A stretch of DNA of 64,000 bases from Acidimicrobium ferrooxidans. Its GTDB lineage: Bacteria; Actinomycetota; Geothermincolia; Fen-727; Anoxymicrobiaceae. Positions 19,950 to 29,944 of this stretch are shown piece after piece. The stretch is taken from positions 646,265 through 710,264 of the forward strand of contig DYIU01000001.1 in NCBI GenBank assembly GCA_020723485.1, read 5' to 3'. The notes beneath the pieces are model-generated. The model saw nothing but the letters and a program-made list of their open reading frames with translations. It was not told the origin of the DNA and ran no database searches. A program made the translations under genes and the position numbers. Position 1 is the first letter of the stretch. Each line of letters opens with the position of its first letter.

Positions 19950-20064
19950 GTCCGCGCCACGGCGCAGCACCGGCCTTTTCTGTGTTATCCTTACTTCTCG
20001 CGCGGCGGAGCCGCGGCTCCGGCCCCGCATCCGACTGTGTCCGCCTCCGGAGGTCCATTCAACC

Positions 20065-21585
20065 ATGAGCGATGACGAGATCCATGACCTGGAGACGCCG
20101 GAGAGCGAGCTCGTGAGGGTTCGCCGGGCCAAGCTCCAGAAGATGAAAGACTCGGGGGCCGAGCCGTACAAGTCGGCCTACGCCAGCCCGGGGGAGATCG
20201 CCCTGTCCTCCGACCTGCGCGAGGAGTACGGCCCGCTCGAGCCCGGGGCCGGCTCGGGCAGGCAGGTCGCCGTGGCAGGACGGCTGATGGGCCGCCGGGA
20301 GCACGGCAAGGCCGCGTTCGCGGACCTGCAGGACTCCTCCGGCAGGATACAGCTCATGCTCCGGCAGGACGTACTGGGACCGGACGCGTTCGGCGACTTC
20401 GCCGAGCTCGACATCGGGGACTGGATAGGGGCCGCGGGCGAGGTCGTCCGCTCCCGCAGGGGAGAGCTGTCCATCGCTGTGGAGTCGTTCGAGCTCCTCT
20501 CCAAGTCGTTGCGCCCCCTGCCGGAGAAATGGCACGGCCTCAAGGACCGCGAGCACCGGTACCGCCAGCGTTACCTCGACCTGCTGATGAACGAGGACGC
20601 GAGGAGGGCTCTCGAGGCCCGTTCCACGATCGTCAAGGAGATAAGGCGCTTCCTCGACGAGCGCGGCTTCCTCGAGGTGGAGACCCCGATGCTGCAGCAG
20701 TTGCCCGGCGGCGCGGTGGCGAAGCCTTTCGTGACCCATCACAACGCCCTCGGGATGGACCTCTACCTGCGCATCGCGCCCGAGCTGTACCTGAAGAGGC
20801 TCCTGGTCGGAGGGTACGACAAGGTATACGAGCTCAACCGCAACTTCCGCAACGAGGGCATAAGCGCCCGGCACAACCCCGAGTTCACGATGCTGGAGGC
20901 GTACGTTGCGTTCGTCGACTACCGCTACATGATGGAGCTGCTCCAGGAGCTCATAACCGCAGCGATAACGGCCGTCACCGGCAGCACCGAAATCGAGTAC
21001 GACGGCAACAGCATATCTCTGGCGCCGCCCTGGAAAGAGGTGACCATGCTCGGGGCGCTGTCCGAGTACGCGGGCCTCGAGGTTGATCTCTCGATGGACG
21101 CGGCCGAACTGGCCGCGATCGCCTCCGAGAAGGAAGTGGAGGTCCCGGCCGGAGCCGGCCCCGGTTGGATCGTCGCCGAGCTGTACGAGAAGCTGGTCGA
21201 GCCCCGCCTGGTCCAGCCCACGTTCGTGCTGGAGTACCCGGAGGAGATATCCCCGCTCGCACGCAGGAGCCCCGCCTCCCCGGGTTTTACGGAGCGCTTC
21301 GAGATACTCATCGCCGGGCAGGAGATCGCCAACGCCTTCTCGGAGCTCGCCGACCCGCTGGACCAGCGCGAGCGGTTCGAGTCCCAGGCGCGCAAGAGGG
21401 CTGCAGGGGACGAGGAGGCGCACAGGATCGACGAGGACTACCTCACCGCCCTGGAGTACGGCATGCCGCCGGCCGGAGGTCTCGGAGTCGGGATCGACAG
21501 GCTGGCCATGCTGGCGACGGGCAGCCACAATATAAGAGACGTCATCATCTTCCCTCACCTGCGCCCGCCTCAAGGTAGGTCATAA
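20065..21585 (+). CDS. lysS: Lysine--tRNA ligase (class II)
   Basis: PLPEKWHG, RYRQRY, LRIAPELYLK, FRNEG..HNPEF and YGMPPAGG.G.GIDR motifs. Confidence 0.96.
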   Translation: MSDDEIHDLETPESELVRVRRAKLQKMKDSGAEPYKSAYASPGEIALSSDLREEYGPLEPGAGSGRQVAVAGRLMGRREHGKAAFADLQDSSGRIQLMLRQDVLGPDAFGDFAELDIGDWIGAAGEVVRSRRGELSIAVESFELLSKSLRPLPEKWHGLKDREHRYRQRYLDLLMNEDARRALEARSTIVKEIRRFLDERGFLEVETPMLQQLPGGAVAKPFVTHHNALGMDLYLRIAPELYLKRLLVGGYDKVYELNRNFRNEGISARHNPEFTMLEAYVAFVDYRYMMELLQELITAAITAVTGSTEIEYDGNSISLAPPWKEVTMLGALSEYAGLEVDLSMDAAELAAIASEKEVEVPAGAGPGWIVAELYEKLVEPRLVQPTFVLEYPEEISPLARRSPASPGFTERFEILIAGQEIANAFSELADPLDQRERFESQARKRAAGDEEAHRIDEDYLTALEYGMPPAGGLGVGIDRLAMLATGSHNIRDVIIFPHLRPPQGRS

Positions 21586-21721
21586 TTTTCCAGCGTCGAA
21601 TAGGTTAACGAGGGTGTTCCGGACGCGGGAATCCCGATTGACAGATGTCATCATGCGAATCCTTCGGACGTTATAGTATTTAGTAGCCCGGACCCCGCGT
21701 GCGTCCGGGCCGGGAGAGCGA

Positions 21722-22264
21722 ATGAACATCTTCTGTGAAGAGTGCAAGAAGAATATAGCGACCGTGTTCCTCACCAAGATATCGGGCAATGAGGTCTCGA
21801 AGGTGCAGCTCTGCGAGGAGTGCGCGGCCAGGATGGAGGAGACCACCGAGGCGGCCAACCTCCTGGCTTTCCTCCCGCAGATACTCTCGGGGCTGCAGGG
21901 GGTGGAGGAGCACCTGGTGGAGGACGTGCTCTCATGCGAGCTCATATCCTGTGATTCCTGCGGGACGTCGTTCAACGACTTCCAGAAGATGGGGTTCCTC
22001 GGGTGCGCCAGGTGTTACGAGTCGTTCGGCGAGGCGCTGATGAAAGTCATAATCGAGTTCCAGGAGTCCGAGGAGCACTGCGGCAAGATGCCTGGAAAGG
22101 TGTCCGAGGGAGCCCGCCTCCGCAAGAGGCTCGTGGACCTGGAGAGGGACCTCGAGCACCAGATAGCGGAGGAGGAGTACGAGGCCGCCGCCGCGGTCCG
22201 CGACCAGATACGCGAGATCGAGGGCAGGTTGAACGAGGAGGCGTCAGATGGCGGGCAGGAGTAA
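21722..22264 (+). CDS. mcsA: McsA, activator of protein arginine kinase
   Basis: Four CxxC motifs plus C-terminal UVR (EEYEAAAAVRDQI); lies upstream of mcsB. Confidence 0.9.
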   Translation: MNIFCEECKKNIATVFLTKISGNEVSKVQLCEECAARMEETTEAANLLAFLPQILSGLQGVEEHLVEDVLSCELISCDSCGTSFNDFQKMGFLGCARCYESFGEALMKVIIEFQESEEHCGKMPGKVSEGARLRKRLVDLERDLEHQIAEEEYEAAAAVRDQIREIEGRLNEEASDGGQE

Positions 22265-23300
22265 GAAGCCGCCGGCCGGCGCCTCGTGGCTCAGGACCCA
22301 GGGTCCAGGCTATCCGCTCGTGCTCTCGTGCCGCGCGCGGCTCGCGCGCAACCTTGAGGGCCTGCCGTTCCCGACCTCCGCGAAGGAGGAGGAGACCGAG
22401 AGGGCGAGGGGCATGGTTCTCGAGGCCGTATCCAGGAAGGTGGCCGTCGACCGCGACTGGGACATCAGGTTCGCGGAAGAGCTGTCCCGCGACGAGCTGG
22501 CCTCGATGGCCGAGGAGCACCTCACGAGCCAGTCATTCGCCGACCGCCCCCCCGGACGGGCGGTGGCGCTCTCGTGGAGGGACGGCCGCAGCGTGACGGT
22601 CAACGAGGAGGACCACGTGAGGGTCCAGGCCGTGATGCCCGGGGCGCAGTTCATGAAAGCGTGGCGCGCGGCCGATAAAATCGATAGCAGCATCGAGAGC
22701 GAGGTGCAGTATTCATTCGACCAGAAGCTGGGTTACCTGACGACCAGCCCCAGCAACGTGGGGACGGGTTTGAGGGTCTCGGCGATGCTGCACCTGCCTG
22801 CGCTCGTTATAACGGGCGAGATAGCGCGCACCATCTCGGCGCTGGGCCAGGCGGGCGTTTACGTCCGGGGCCTGTACGGCGAGGGCTCCGGGGTGGCCGG
22901 CAACCTGTTCCAGGTATCGAACAGGCAGACGCTGGGCCGCACGGAGGAATCGATCGTCGGCAACATGGACATGATCGCGCGCCAGGTCTCGGATAACGAG
23001 AAGACGGCCAGGAAGATGATGCTCAGGGAGTCGCCGCTGGACCTGGCGGACAGGGTATACCGATCGCTCGGCATACTCGAGCGGGCCAGGCGGATGAGCT
23101 TCTTCGAAGCCCTGGAGCTCGTCTCGATGGTGAAGCTGGGGATAGACCTGGAGATCATCCCCCTGGAGGATTTCAACATCCTCGAGGTCGGAGTCGGGGC
23201 GGGTCCTTCACACCTGAAGGCCGTCCTCGGCGGAGAGGCGGAGCCGGAGGACATAGACAGCGAGCGCGCGGTCCACGTGAGGAGGATGCTCGACCTGTAA
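22248..23300 (+). CDS. mcsB: Protein arginine kinase McsB (catalytic Cys replaced by Ser)
   Basis: RLARN, NEEDH, GYLTTSPSNVGTGLR, RGLYGEGS and QVSN motifs. Confidence 0.9.
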   Translation: MAGRSKKPPAGASWLRTQGPGYPLVLSCRARLARNLEGLPFPTSAKEEETERARGMVLEAVSRKVAVDRDWDIRFAEELSRDELASMAEEHLTSQSFADRPPGRAVALSWRDGRSVTVNEEDHVRVQAVMPGAQFMKAWRAADKIDSSIESEVQYSFDQKLGYLTTSPSNVGTGLRVSAMLHLPALVITGEIARTISALGQAGVYVRGLYGEGSGVAGNLFQVSNRQTLGRTEESIVGNMDMIARQVSDNEKTARKMMLRESPLDLADRVYRSLGILERARRMSFFEALELVSMVKLGIDLEIIPLEDFNILEVGVGAGPSHLKAVLGGEAEPEDIDSERAVHVRRMLDL

Positions 23301-23367
23301 GGCGTTTTGTGAATTTGTGGGCGGAGTGCCCTACAATATACATGGATGTACATAGGAGGAATGTAGT

Positions 23368-25839
23368 TTGTTCCAGAGGTTTTCAGACAGCGCGAGACGG
23401 GTTGTGGTCCTGGCCCAGGAAGAGGCCAGGAAGCTCAACCATAACTACATAGGCACAGAGCACCTGCTCCTGGGGCTCATCCAGGAGGGCGAGGGCATCG
23501 CCGCGAAGGCCCTCGAGGCCTTCCAGGTCAACCTGGACGCGGTGCGCAGCCAGGTGGTCGAGGTGATAGGCAGGGGCTCCAGCGCCCCGAGCGGGCACAT
23601 CCCGTTCACGCCGCGCGCCAAGAAGGTCCTCGAGCTCTCGCTCCGCGAGGCGCTCCAGCTGGGTCACAACTACATTGGCACCGAGCATATCCTGCTCGGC
23701 CTCATCCGCGAGGGTGAGGGCGTCGCGGCCAAGGTCCTGGTGAAGCTCGGCGTCGACCTCGAGCGACTGCGCAACCAGGTCCTCAAGAACCTCTCCGGCA
23801 GCGGCTCCGCGGCCGGCGAGCTCCCGGGCGGCGAGGGCGGCCAGGGCGCGCTGATGCTCGACCAGTTCGGCCGCAACCTGACAGAGCTGGCTGCCCAGAA
23901 CAAACTCGACCCGGTCATCGGGCGCGAGAAAGAGATAGAACGCGTGATGCAGGTGCTCTCCCGGCGCACCAAGAACAACCCCGTGCTTGTGGGCGAGCCC
24001 GGCGTGGGCAAGACCGCCATCGTTGAGGGCCTCGCGCAGGCCATCACCGCCAACGAGGTCCCGGAGATGCTCCGTGGCAAGCACCTCTACACGCTCGACC
24101 TCGGGGCGCTGGTGGCGGGTTCCCGCTACAGGGGCGATTTCGAGGAGAGGCTCAAAAAGGTAATAAAAGAGATACGCGGCCGGGGTGACATCATCCTGTT
24201 CATCGACGAGCTGCACAACCTTGTGGGCGCCGGCGCCGCGGAGGGCGCCATCGACGCGGCCAGCATCCTCAAGCCCGCGCTGGCGCGCGGCGAGCTCCAG
24301 ACCATCGGCGCGACCACTATGGACGAGTACCGCAAGCACCTCGAGCGTGACGCCGCTCTCGAGCGCAGGTTCCAGCCCATCACCGTCGACGAGCCGACGG
24401 TCGAGCACACAATCGACATACTGCGCGGCCTGCGCGACCGCTACGAGGCGCATCACAAGGTCCAGATAACCGACGGCGCGATGATCGCCGCCGCCAGGCT
24501 CGCTCAGCGCTACATATCCGACCGGTTCCTGCCCGACAAGGCCATCGACCTCATCGACGAGGCGGCAAGCCGGCTCCGCATGCACGCGATGACCGCTCCA
24601 CCGGACGTCCGCGAGCAGGAGGAGGCCCTGCAGAAGCTCCGCGGCGAGAAGCAGGCCGCCATCGCAGCGCAGGACTTCGAGAAAGCAGCCGAGATACGCG
24701 ACCGCGAGCAGGACGTGATACTCGACATCGCTGAGAGCGAGAAAGACTGGAAGGTCCCACACCAGAGCCACCAGCTCCAGGTGACCGACGAGGACATCAC
24801 GGACATCCTCTCCTCCTGGACAGGCATACCGGTCTACCAGCTGACCGAGGCCGAGAGCGAGAAGCTCCTCCGCATGGAGGACGAGCTGCACAAGCGCGTC
24901 ATCAGCCAGAACGAGGCCGTCGTGGCCATAGCGCAGGCGCTCAGGCGTACGAGGGCCGGCCTCAAAGACCCGCGCAGGCCGGGGGGCTCGTTCATATTCC
25001 TAGGGCCGTCCGGCGTGGGCAAGACCGAGCTCGCCCGGACGCTGGCCGAGTTCCTGTTCGGCAACGAGGACGCGCTGCTGCAGATAGACATGTCCGAGTA
25101 CATGGAGAAGCACTCCGTCTCGAGGCTGGTGGGCTCGCCCCCCGGTTACGTGGGCCACGAGGAGGGCGGCCAGCTCACCGAGGCGGTGCGCCGCAAGCCG
25201 TTCTCGGTGGTCCTGCTGGACGAGATCGAGAAGGCTCACTATGACGTCTTCAACGTCCTGCTCCAGATACTGGAGGACGGCCGGCTGACCGACTCGCAGG
25301 GCCACCAGGTTGACTTCCGCAACACCATAATCATCATGACGTCCAACCTGGGCACGCGCGAGATTCACAACGCGGCGCCCCTCGGATTCCAGGTCGGCAG
25401 CGAGACCGGCTCCCTGGCCTACGACGACATGAAGGAAAAGGTCATGAGCGAGCTCAAGCGGACGTTCCGGCCCGAGCTGCTCAACCGTATCGACGACGTG
25501 ATAGTCTTCCACGAGCTCTCCACCGAAGAGGTGAAGGCCATCGCCGACCTCATGCTCGACCGGGTGCGCACCCAGCTCGCGGACCAGGACATAAAGCTCG
25601 AGGTCAGCGAAGATGCCAAGGACGTCCTCGTGAAAGAGGGGTTCGACCCGTCGCTCGGCGCTCGGCCGCTGCGCAGGGCCATAACACGCCTCATAGAGAA
25701 CCCGGTCTCCGAGGCCATCCTGAAGGGCCAGTTCACCGGTGGGCACGTGATAGTGGTCGCCGAGAAAGACGGCCGCCTCGAGTTCGACGTCAGGCAGGAC
25801 ACCGAGGTGCCGACTACCCCGGTTGGTGCCAACAATTAG
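23368..25839 (+). CDS. clpC: ATP-dependent Clp protease ATPase ClpC
   Basis: Two Clp N repeats, [11 protein letters not shown] middle domain, [11 protein letters not shown] ClpP-docking loop. Confidence 0.96.
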   Translation: MFQRFSDSARRVVVLAQEEARKLNHNYIGTEHLLLGLIQEGEGIAAKALEAFQVNLDAVRSQVVEVIGRGSSAPSGHIPFTPRAKKVLELSLREALQLGHNYIGTEHILLGLIREGEGVAAKVLVKLGVDLERLRNQVLKNLSGSGSAAGELPGGEGGQGALMLDQFGRNLTELAAQNKLDPVIGREKEIERVMQVLSRRTKNNPVLVGEPGVGKTAIVEGLAQAITANEVPEMLRGKHLYTLDLGALVAGSRYRGDFEERLKKVIKEIRGRGDIILFIDELHNLVGAGAAEGAIDAASILKPALARGELQTIGATTMDEYRKHLERDAALERRFQPITVDEPTVEHTIDILRGLRDRYEAHHKVQITDGAMIAAARLAQRYISDRFLPDKAIDLIDEAASRLRMHAMTAPPDVREQEEALQKLRGEKQAAIAAQDFEKAAEIRDREQDVILDIAESEKDWKVPHQSHQLQVTDEDITDILSSWTGIPVYQLTEAESEKLLRMEDELHKRVISQNEAVVAIAQALRRTRAGLKDPRRPGGSFIFLGPSGVGKTELARTLAEFLFGNEDALLQIDMSEYMEKHSVSRLVGSPPGYVGHEEGGQLTEAVRRKPFSVVLLDEIEKAHYDVFNVLLQILEDGRLTDSQGHQVDFRNTIIIMTSNLGTREIHNAAPLGFQVGSETGSLAYDDMKEKVMSELKRTFRPELLNRIDDVIVFHELSTEEVKAIADLMLDRVRTQLADQDIKLEVSEDAKDVLVKEGFDPSLGARPLRRAITRLIENPVSEAILKGQFTGGHVIVVAEKDGRLEFDVRQDTEVPTTPVGANN

Positions 25840-25861
25840 CCCACGGGCGTCAAAGGGCGAA

Positions 25862-25894
25862 ACGGGCCTCCTCCGGGAGGCCCGTCTCATTTTT
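25862..25894 (+). terminator. Intrinsic terminator after clpC
   Basis: ACGGGCCTCC-tccg-GGAGGCCCGT then CTCATTTTT. Confidence 0.7.
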
Positions 25895-25956
25895 GGAGGT
25901 GGCCGCCGCCGTGATATCATTTAGCCGGTCCGGTAATTCTTATCAATCGAGGTGTC

Positions 25957-27048
25957 ATGCGCGCTGAGACCGAGCGTGAAAAGCAGGCCAAACTCATTGA
26001 GGTCCTGGAGCAGGTCGCGCCGGGCACAGAGCTGCGCGAGGCCATCGACAGGATACTAAACACAGGAACCGGCGCCCTGATAGTCGTGGGCAACCTGGGC
26101 GAGCTGAGACCCATCATGACCGGCGGTTTCAACATCAACTGCGAGTTCACCGCCCCGAGGCTCTTCGAGCTCGGCAAGATGGACGGCGCTGTGATACTCG
26201 GCAGGGACCTCAAGACGATTACCTGGGCGAACGTCCACCTCATGCCGGACCCCGCGATTCCGACCCACGAGGCCGGCACCAGGCACCGCACCGCGGAGAG
26301 GGTGGCCAAGAGCCACAAGAACGCCTTCGTCATCGCCATATCAGAGAAGATGAACACCGTGTCCATATACGTCGACGACGAACACTTCACTCTCGAGAGC
26401 ATCCCCCTGGTCCTTGCAAAGGCCGACCAGGCGCTGCAGACGCTCAGCAGGTACCGCGCGAGGCTCGACAAGGAATACGGGCACCTGAACACCCTCGAGA
26501 TAGAGGACCTGGTCACCCTCAACGACGTGGTAAGGGTGATTCAGCGCAACGAAATGGTCGTCCGCATCGCCGACGAGATAAGGTTCCAGGCGAGCGAACT
26601 GGGCAAGGACGGCCGGCTGGTCGGGCTCCAGTTGAACGAGCTGATGGCCGGGGTGGAGAGGCTTGGCAGGCTCCTGGTCAGCGACTACTTCATATCAAGG
26701 GACGGCAAGGGGCCCGACGACGTCATGAGGGACCTCAGCAGGCTCAGCGCCGACGAGCTGATGGAGGAGACCGCGCTCGCCAAGACGCTCGGCTACCGTG
26801 GCTCGATCGAGCTCATGAACAAGCTCATAAGGCCGCGGGGCTACCGCGTCCTCTCGATGATAACCCCACGCATTCCCGCCAACGTCGTGGACAAGGTCGT
26901 CGGCCGCTTCGACAACCTCAAGAACATCATGCGCGCGTCCCCGGCGCTGCTCGACGAGGTCGACGGTGTCGGAGAGCGCAGGGCACAGGCCATCAAAGAG
27001 GGCCTCGACCGCATCTCCGAATCCATCATCATGGAGGGCTACCTCTAA
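25957..27048 (+). CDS. disA: DNA integrity scanning diadenylate cyclase DisA
   Basis: DGA and GTRHRTA DAC motifs; C-terminal HhH (EVDGVGERRA). Confidence 0.95.
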   Translation: MRAETEREKQAKLIEVLEQVAPGTELREAIDRILNTGTGALIVVGNLGELRPIMTGGFNINCEFTAPRLFELGKMDGAVILGRDLKTITWANVHLMPDPAIPTHEAGTRHRTAERVAKSHKNAFVIAISEKMNTVSIYVDDEHFTLESIPLVLAKADQALQTLSRYRARLDKEYGHLNTLEIEDLVTLNDVVRVIQRNEMVVRIADEIRFQASELGKDGRLVGLQLNELMAGVERLGRLLVSDYFISRDGKGPDDVMRDLSRLSADELMEETALAKTLGYRGSIELMNKLIRPRGYRVLSMITPRIPANVVDKVVGRFDNLKNIMRASPALLDEVDGVGERRAQAIKEGLDRISESIIMEGYL

Positions 27049-28042
27049 GGGGGAGGAAGGGCCACAGGGGCAGGTCCTGGTCGACCGAGTTGCCGTACCA
27101 AAGAACTTCTATGCCGTGTTCCCTGCCGAACTCCGTAGCAAGCTCGTAGCAGCGACGGGCAGACTCCAGGTCGGGCGGCTTCGTCCGGATGTGGTCCAGT
27201 ACGAGAACTGGCATCGGGTGCCGCTTGAGGACCTCGACGAGGAGCGCAAGCTCCTCTGAGTTCTCCCTGTTCCCGTCCTCGCCGACCTGCATGTGATAAC
27301 GGTGATAGCAGGGTTCCCCTTCCACCGTGCCGTACGCGCCGTTCATCTCCTCGAACTTGAACGCGTCTATGTAAGGCGCTATCTCCTCGAGAATGCCGAA
27401 GCCGCGGTTCGGTATGAGCATGAGGTCGGGATACCTGTCGCGGATTCCCTTGACGAGCTCGATCATCCCCTGTCTCATGCGGTCCCCGTCCGGCCAGGCC
27501 TCGTACTCGTCTACCACGTCCACGACGTCGAGCATCAAGCCGTCGAACCGACCTTTGCCCAGCCAGAGTATGTAGGGGATTTCCTGGTCCAGGACGATGT
27601 CCCTCCAGACCGGGCTGCCAGCGTCGACGAAGTAGGAATCCTCCCAGCCGGGGTCGGGGCCGATGAGAGCGGGATCTCCCGCGGACAGCACGGTCCTGGG
27701 GATCCCCGGATTGTCCGGAACCCCGTCTCCCGGCTCCCAGTCTTCCCGGTACCGCCTCCCGCTGTCCGCTTCGCCGATGCTCACGTAGGCCAGCACCTGC
27801 GTGCCGGCTTCCACGAGCTCACCCACGAAATCGCGGTCCGGCATCGAGTACGGCTCGATCGCTACCACGTCGAACAGCTTGAGCCTGGCGAGGTCGCTTC
27901 TCGTGTAGTCCTGGTAGGTGTTCGCGTAGCTTCTGGACCCGCCGGGCGCTCGGCCGCATCCGCAGCCAGGCGCCGAGAGCAGCACGGCCACGGCGATGAC
28001 CGTGGATATCGGGATCCAACGGCTGGAACGAGATCTCCGCAT
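27029..28042 (-). CDS. GH114/PelA-like endo-alpha-1,4-polygalactosaminidase, lipoprotein
   Basis: LAYVSIGEA, FDGLMLDVVD and IPNRGF motifs; signal peptide with Cys; ATG 28042 after GGGGAG. Confidence 0.75.
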   Translation of the reverse strand: MRRSRSSRWIPISTVIAVAVLLSAPGCGCGRAPGGSRSYANTYQDYTRSDLARLKLFDVVAIEPYSMPDRDFVGELVEAGTQVLAYVSIGEADSGRRYREDWEPGDGVPDNPGIPRTVLSAGDPALIGPDPGWEDSYFVDAGSPVWRDIVLDQEIPYILWLGKGRFDGLMLDVVDVVDEYEAWPDGDRMRQGMIELVKGIRDRYPDLMLIPNRGFGILEEIAPYIDAFKFEEMNGAYGTVEGEPCYHRYHMQVGEDGNRENSEELALLVEVLKRHPMPVLVLDHIRTKPPDLESARRCYELATEFGREHGIEVLWYGNSVDQDLPLWPFLPLRGSPP

Positions 28043-28077
28043 GCGGCTCCCCGCCTCTCCGCCGCGGGTAGACTGCC

Positions 28078-28518
28078 CTACTTGTCGGTGAGCTTGTACT
28101 TTATGGTGCAGTAGCCGACCGGCTTGCCTTCCTTGTCGGCGCCCAGGAGCGTGGCGTGCTTCCCCAGCACCCTGGAGATCGCAGTGAGGCCCGTCGCGAG
28201 GATCGGGCACATCGCGGGCTCGCCGGCCTTGCGCAGCAGGTCGTTGCCCTGGCAGATCGCGCAGCCGCCGACGTCGATTGTGAGCTCGTCGCCGCTTATC
28301 TCAACCTTACTGGTGTCGGCGAAGCCAAGCTCGTCGGTGAGGAACTCCTCGAACTTCGCCCTGAACTCCTCCGTGTCGGTGACCTTGCCGCCGAGCGAGT
28401 CCATCCACTCCTTGATCCACTGCGACGCGATCTTCGGCTTCATCTTATCAAGCTGGTCCTTGTTGGCCAGCACGACCGCCTGGTGATACTTCTTGATGAA
28501 CTGGTCTTCCTTCGCCAC
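28078..28518 (-). CDS. Hypothetical protein, V4R/methanogen-output-domain-like
   Basis: GGAGG RBS; CAIC..CP..C pattern; strong coding codon bias. Confidence 0.55.
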   Translation of the reverse strand: MAKEDQFIKKYHQAVVLANKDQLDKMKPKIASQWIKEWMDSLGGKVTDTEEFRAKFEEFLTDELGFADTSKVEISGDELTIDVGGCAICQGNDLLRKAGEPAMCPILATGLTAISRVLGKHATLLGADKEGKPVGYCTIKYKLTDK

Positions 28519-28709
28519 CTCACACCTCCACGTTTTCCAGTATTCTCCCTGGTTACGAAATCACACACAATGACGCAGAACACCCTCAGGCGGAGGTTCT
28601 ACGACTGGAGTCTATTTCCTATCTGAGGGGCGAGGGGGTCTTTTTCCCGAAGCCTTTGGTACTCCAACCAGCGAGGGAAAAACGGCCCCCGAGCCTACCC
28701 CCGAGCCAC

Positions 28710-29114
28710 CTAGGTCAGGCTGTAGAAACCGAGCGTGGAAATCCGGTCGTTCTCGCGCCTTATGATCTCGTGGAGGTCGAGCCCGGTGAGGGTGCAGATA
28801 GCGGCCAGAAAGAACACCGACTTGCCCATTTCCTGCTCGATGATCTCGGCGCAGTTGGGGCACAGGTGGCCTTCCAGGTGTGTCTTGACGTACTCGCTCA
28901 TCTCGCTGAGCGAGGTATCGGCCGGGAGGTCCTGCTTCTCGGCCTCGATCCTCAGGCATCCGCAGGTGGTCACCGATTTCGCGAGCGCCCGGTTGACCCG
29001 CGAGCAGGCGTCCTGGTACTTGGTCATGACGTCGAGGATGCTGCGATGCCGGATGAGGTGAAGAGACACCGTCTTCTGGAAATCGTTACAGGTCTGCTCC
29101 ATCTCTCTTGGCAT
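28710..29114 (-). CDS. Conserved hypothetical protein divergent from carD
   Basis: RHRSILDV.TK.Q..RVNRA..K.VT.CGC..CPNC..EMG; resembles proteins at this locus in Clostridia (from memory). Start uncertain (29102-29144). Confidence 0.7.
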   Translation of the reverse strand: MPREMEQTCNDFQKTVSLHLIRHRSILDVMTKYQDACSRVNRALAKSVTTCGCLRIEAEKQDLPADTSLSEMSEYVKTHLEGHLCPNCAEIIEQEMGKSVFFLAAICTLTGLDLHEIIRRENDRISTLGFYSLT

Positions 29115-29164
29115 CTCAACACCCGCCTCGAAGGCCATTCGCAAGCGTACATAACGGTCGACTC

Positions 29165-29247
29165 ATTATATTGACTCGCGAGAAAGAGTGTCAAGAAATC
29201 CTTTAATAATGCGCATTCTTGAACCTCGAGGGTCGTTATGGTAACAT
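29165..29247. promoter_or_regulatory. Divergent sigma70-type promoters
   Basis: Minus strand TTGACA(29194-29189)-18-TATAAT(29170-29165); plus strand TTGAAC(29219)-17-TAACAT(29242). Confidence 0.55.
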
Positions 29248-29392
29248 ATCACCGCCTCTTCGTGCCGGGCATTGAAGAGCTCTCATCGAGACTCGTTTGC
29301 GCACCTGAAGCCAAATACGAAGCTTCCCTCGGGTCTGGGTGCTCGCGCCGAGGCGGGGGCCTGGGGACCCGGCTTTGAGCCCAGAAAGGGAG

Positions 29393-29884
29393 ATGTTGAA
29401 ATTGTTCAACGTTGGAGACAAGGTCGTGTATCCGCACCACGGAGCCGGGGTCGTCGAGAGAGTTGAGACCAAGACCATCGAAGGGGAGAAAAAGAAGTAC
29501 TTTATCCTCAGCCTCTGCGGGGGAGACCTCAAGATCACCGTTCCCGAGGACAGCACCGAGGAAGTAGGCCTGCGCAGCGTAATCCCCAAGTGCGAAGTGA
29601 AGTCCGTCTTCGAGGTCCTCAACCAGGAGCAGAGCCAGATGCCCACCAACTGGAACCACCGCTACAAGAAGAACCGCGACAAGATAAGGAGCGGGGACGT
29701 CTACCAGGTGGCCGAGGTGGTCCGCAACCTCTCGATACGCGAGCACGAGAAAGGGCTCTCCACGGGCGAAAAGAGGATGCTGAACCAGGCGCGTCAGATT
29801 CTCCTGAGTGAGATAATCTACGTGCTTAACATAGACAGCGAGAAGGCTACAAGGATGCTGGACGAGGTTTTCTCGCAGAGGTGA
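29393..29884 (+). CDS. carD: CarD-family transcription factor
   Basis: FNVGDKVVYPHHGAG, NWNHRY and LSTGEKRML motifs. Confidence 0.92.
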   Translation: MLKLFNVGDKVVYPHHGAGVVERVETKTIEGEKKKYFILSLCGGDLKITVPEDSTEEVGLRSVIPKCEVKSVFEVLNQEQSQMPTNWNHRYKKNRDKIRSGDVYQVAEVVRNLSIREHEKGLSTGEKRMLNQARQILLSEIIYVLNIDSEKATRMLDEVFSQR

Positions 29885-29944
29885 TGGACCTGTCTGCCTC
29901 CTTAGCCTTCGTGCGGCACGGGCAATCAAAAGGAGGTTTATCCA

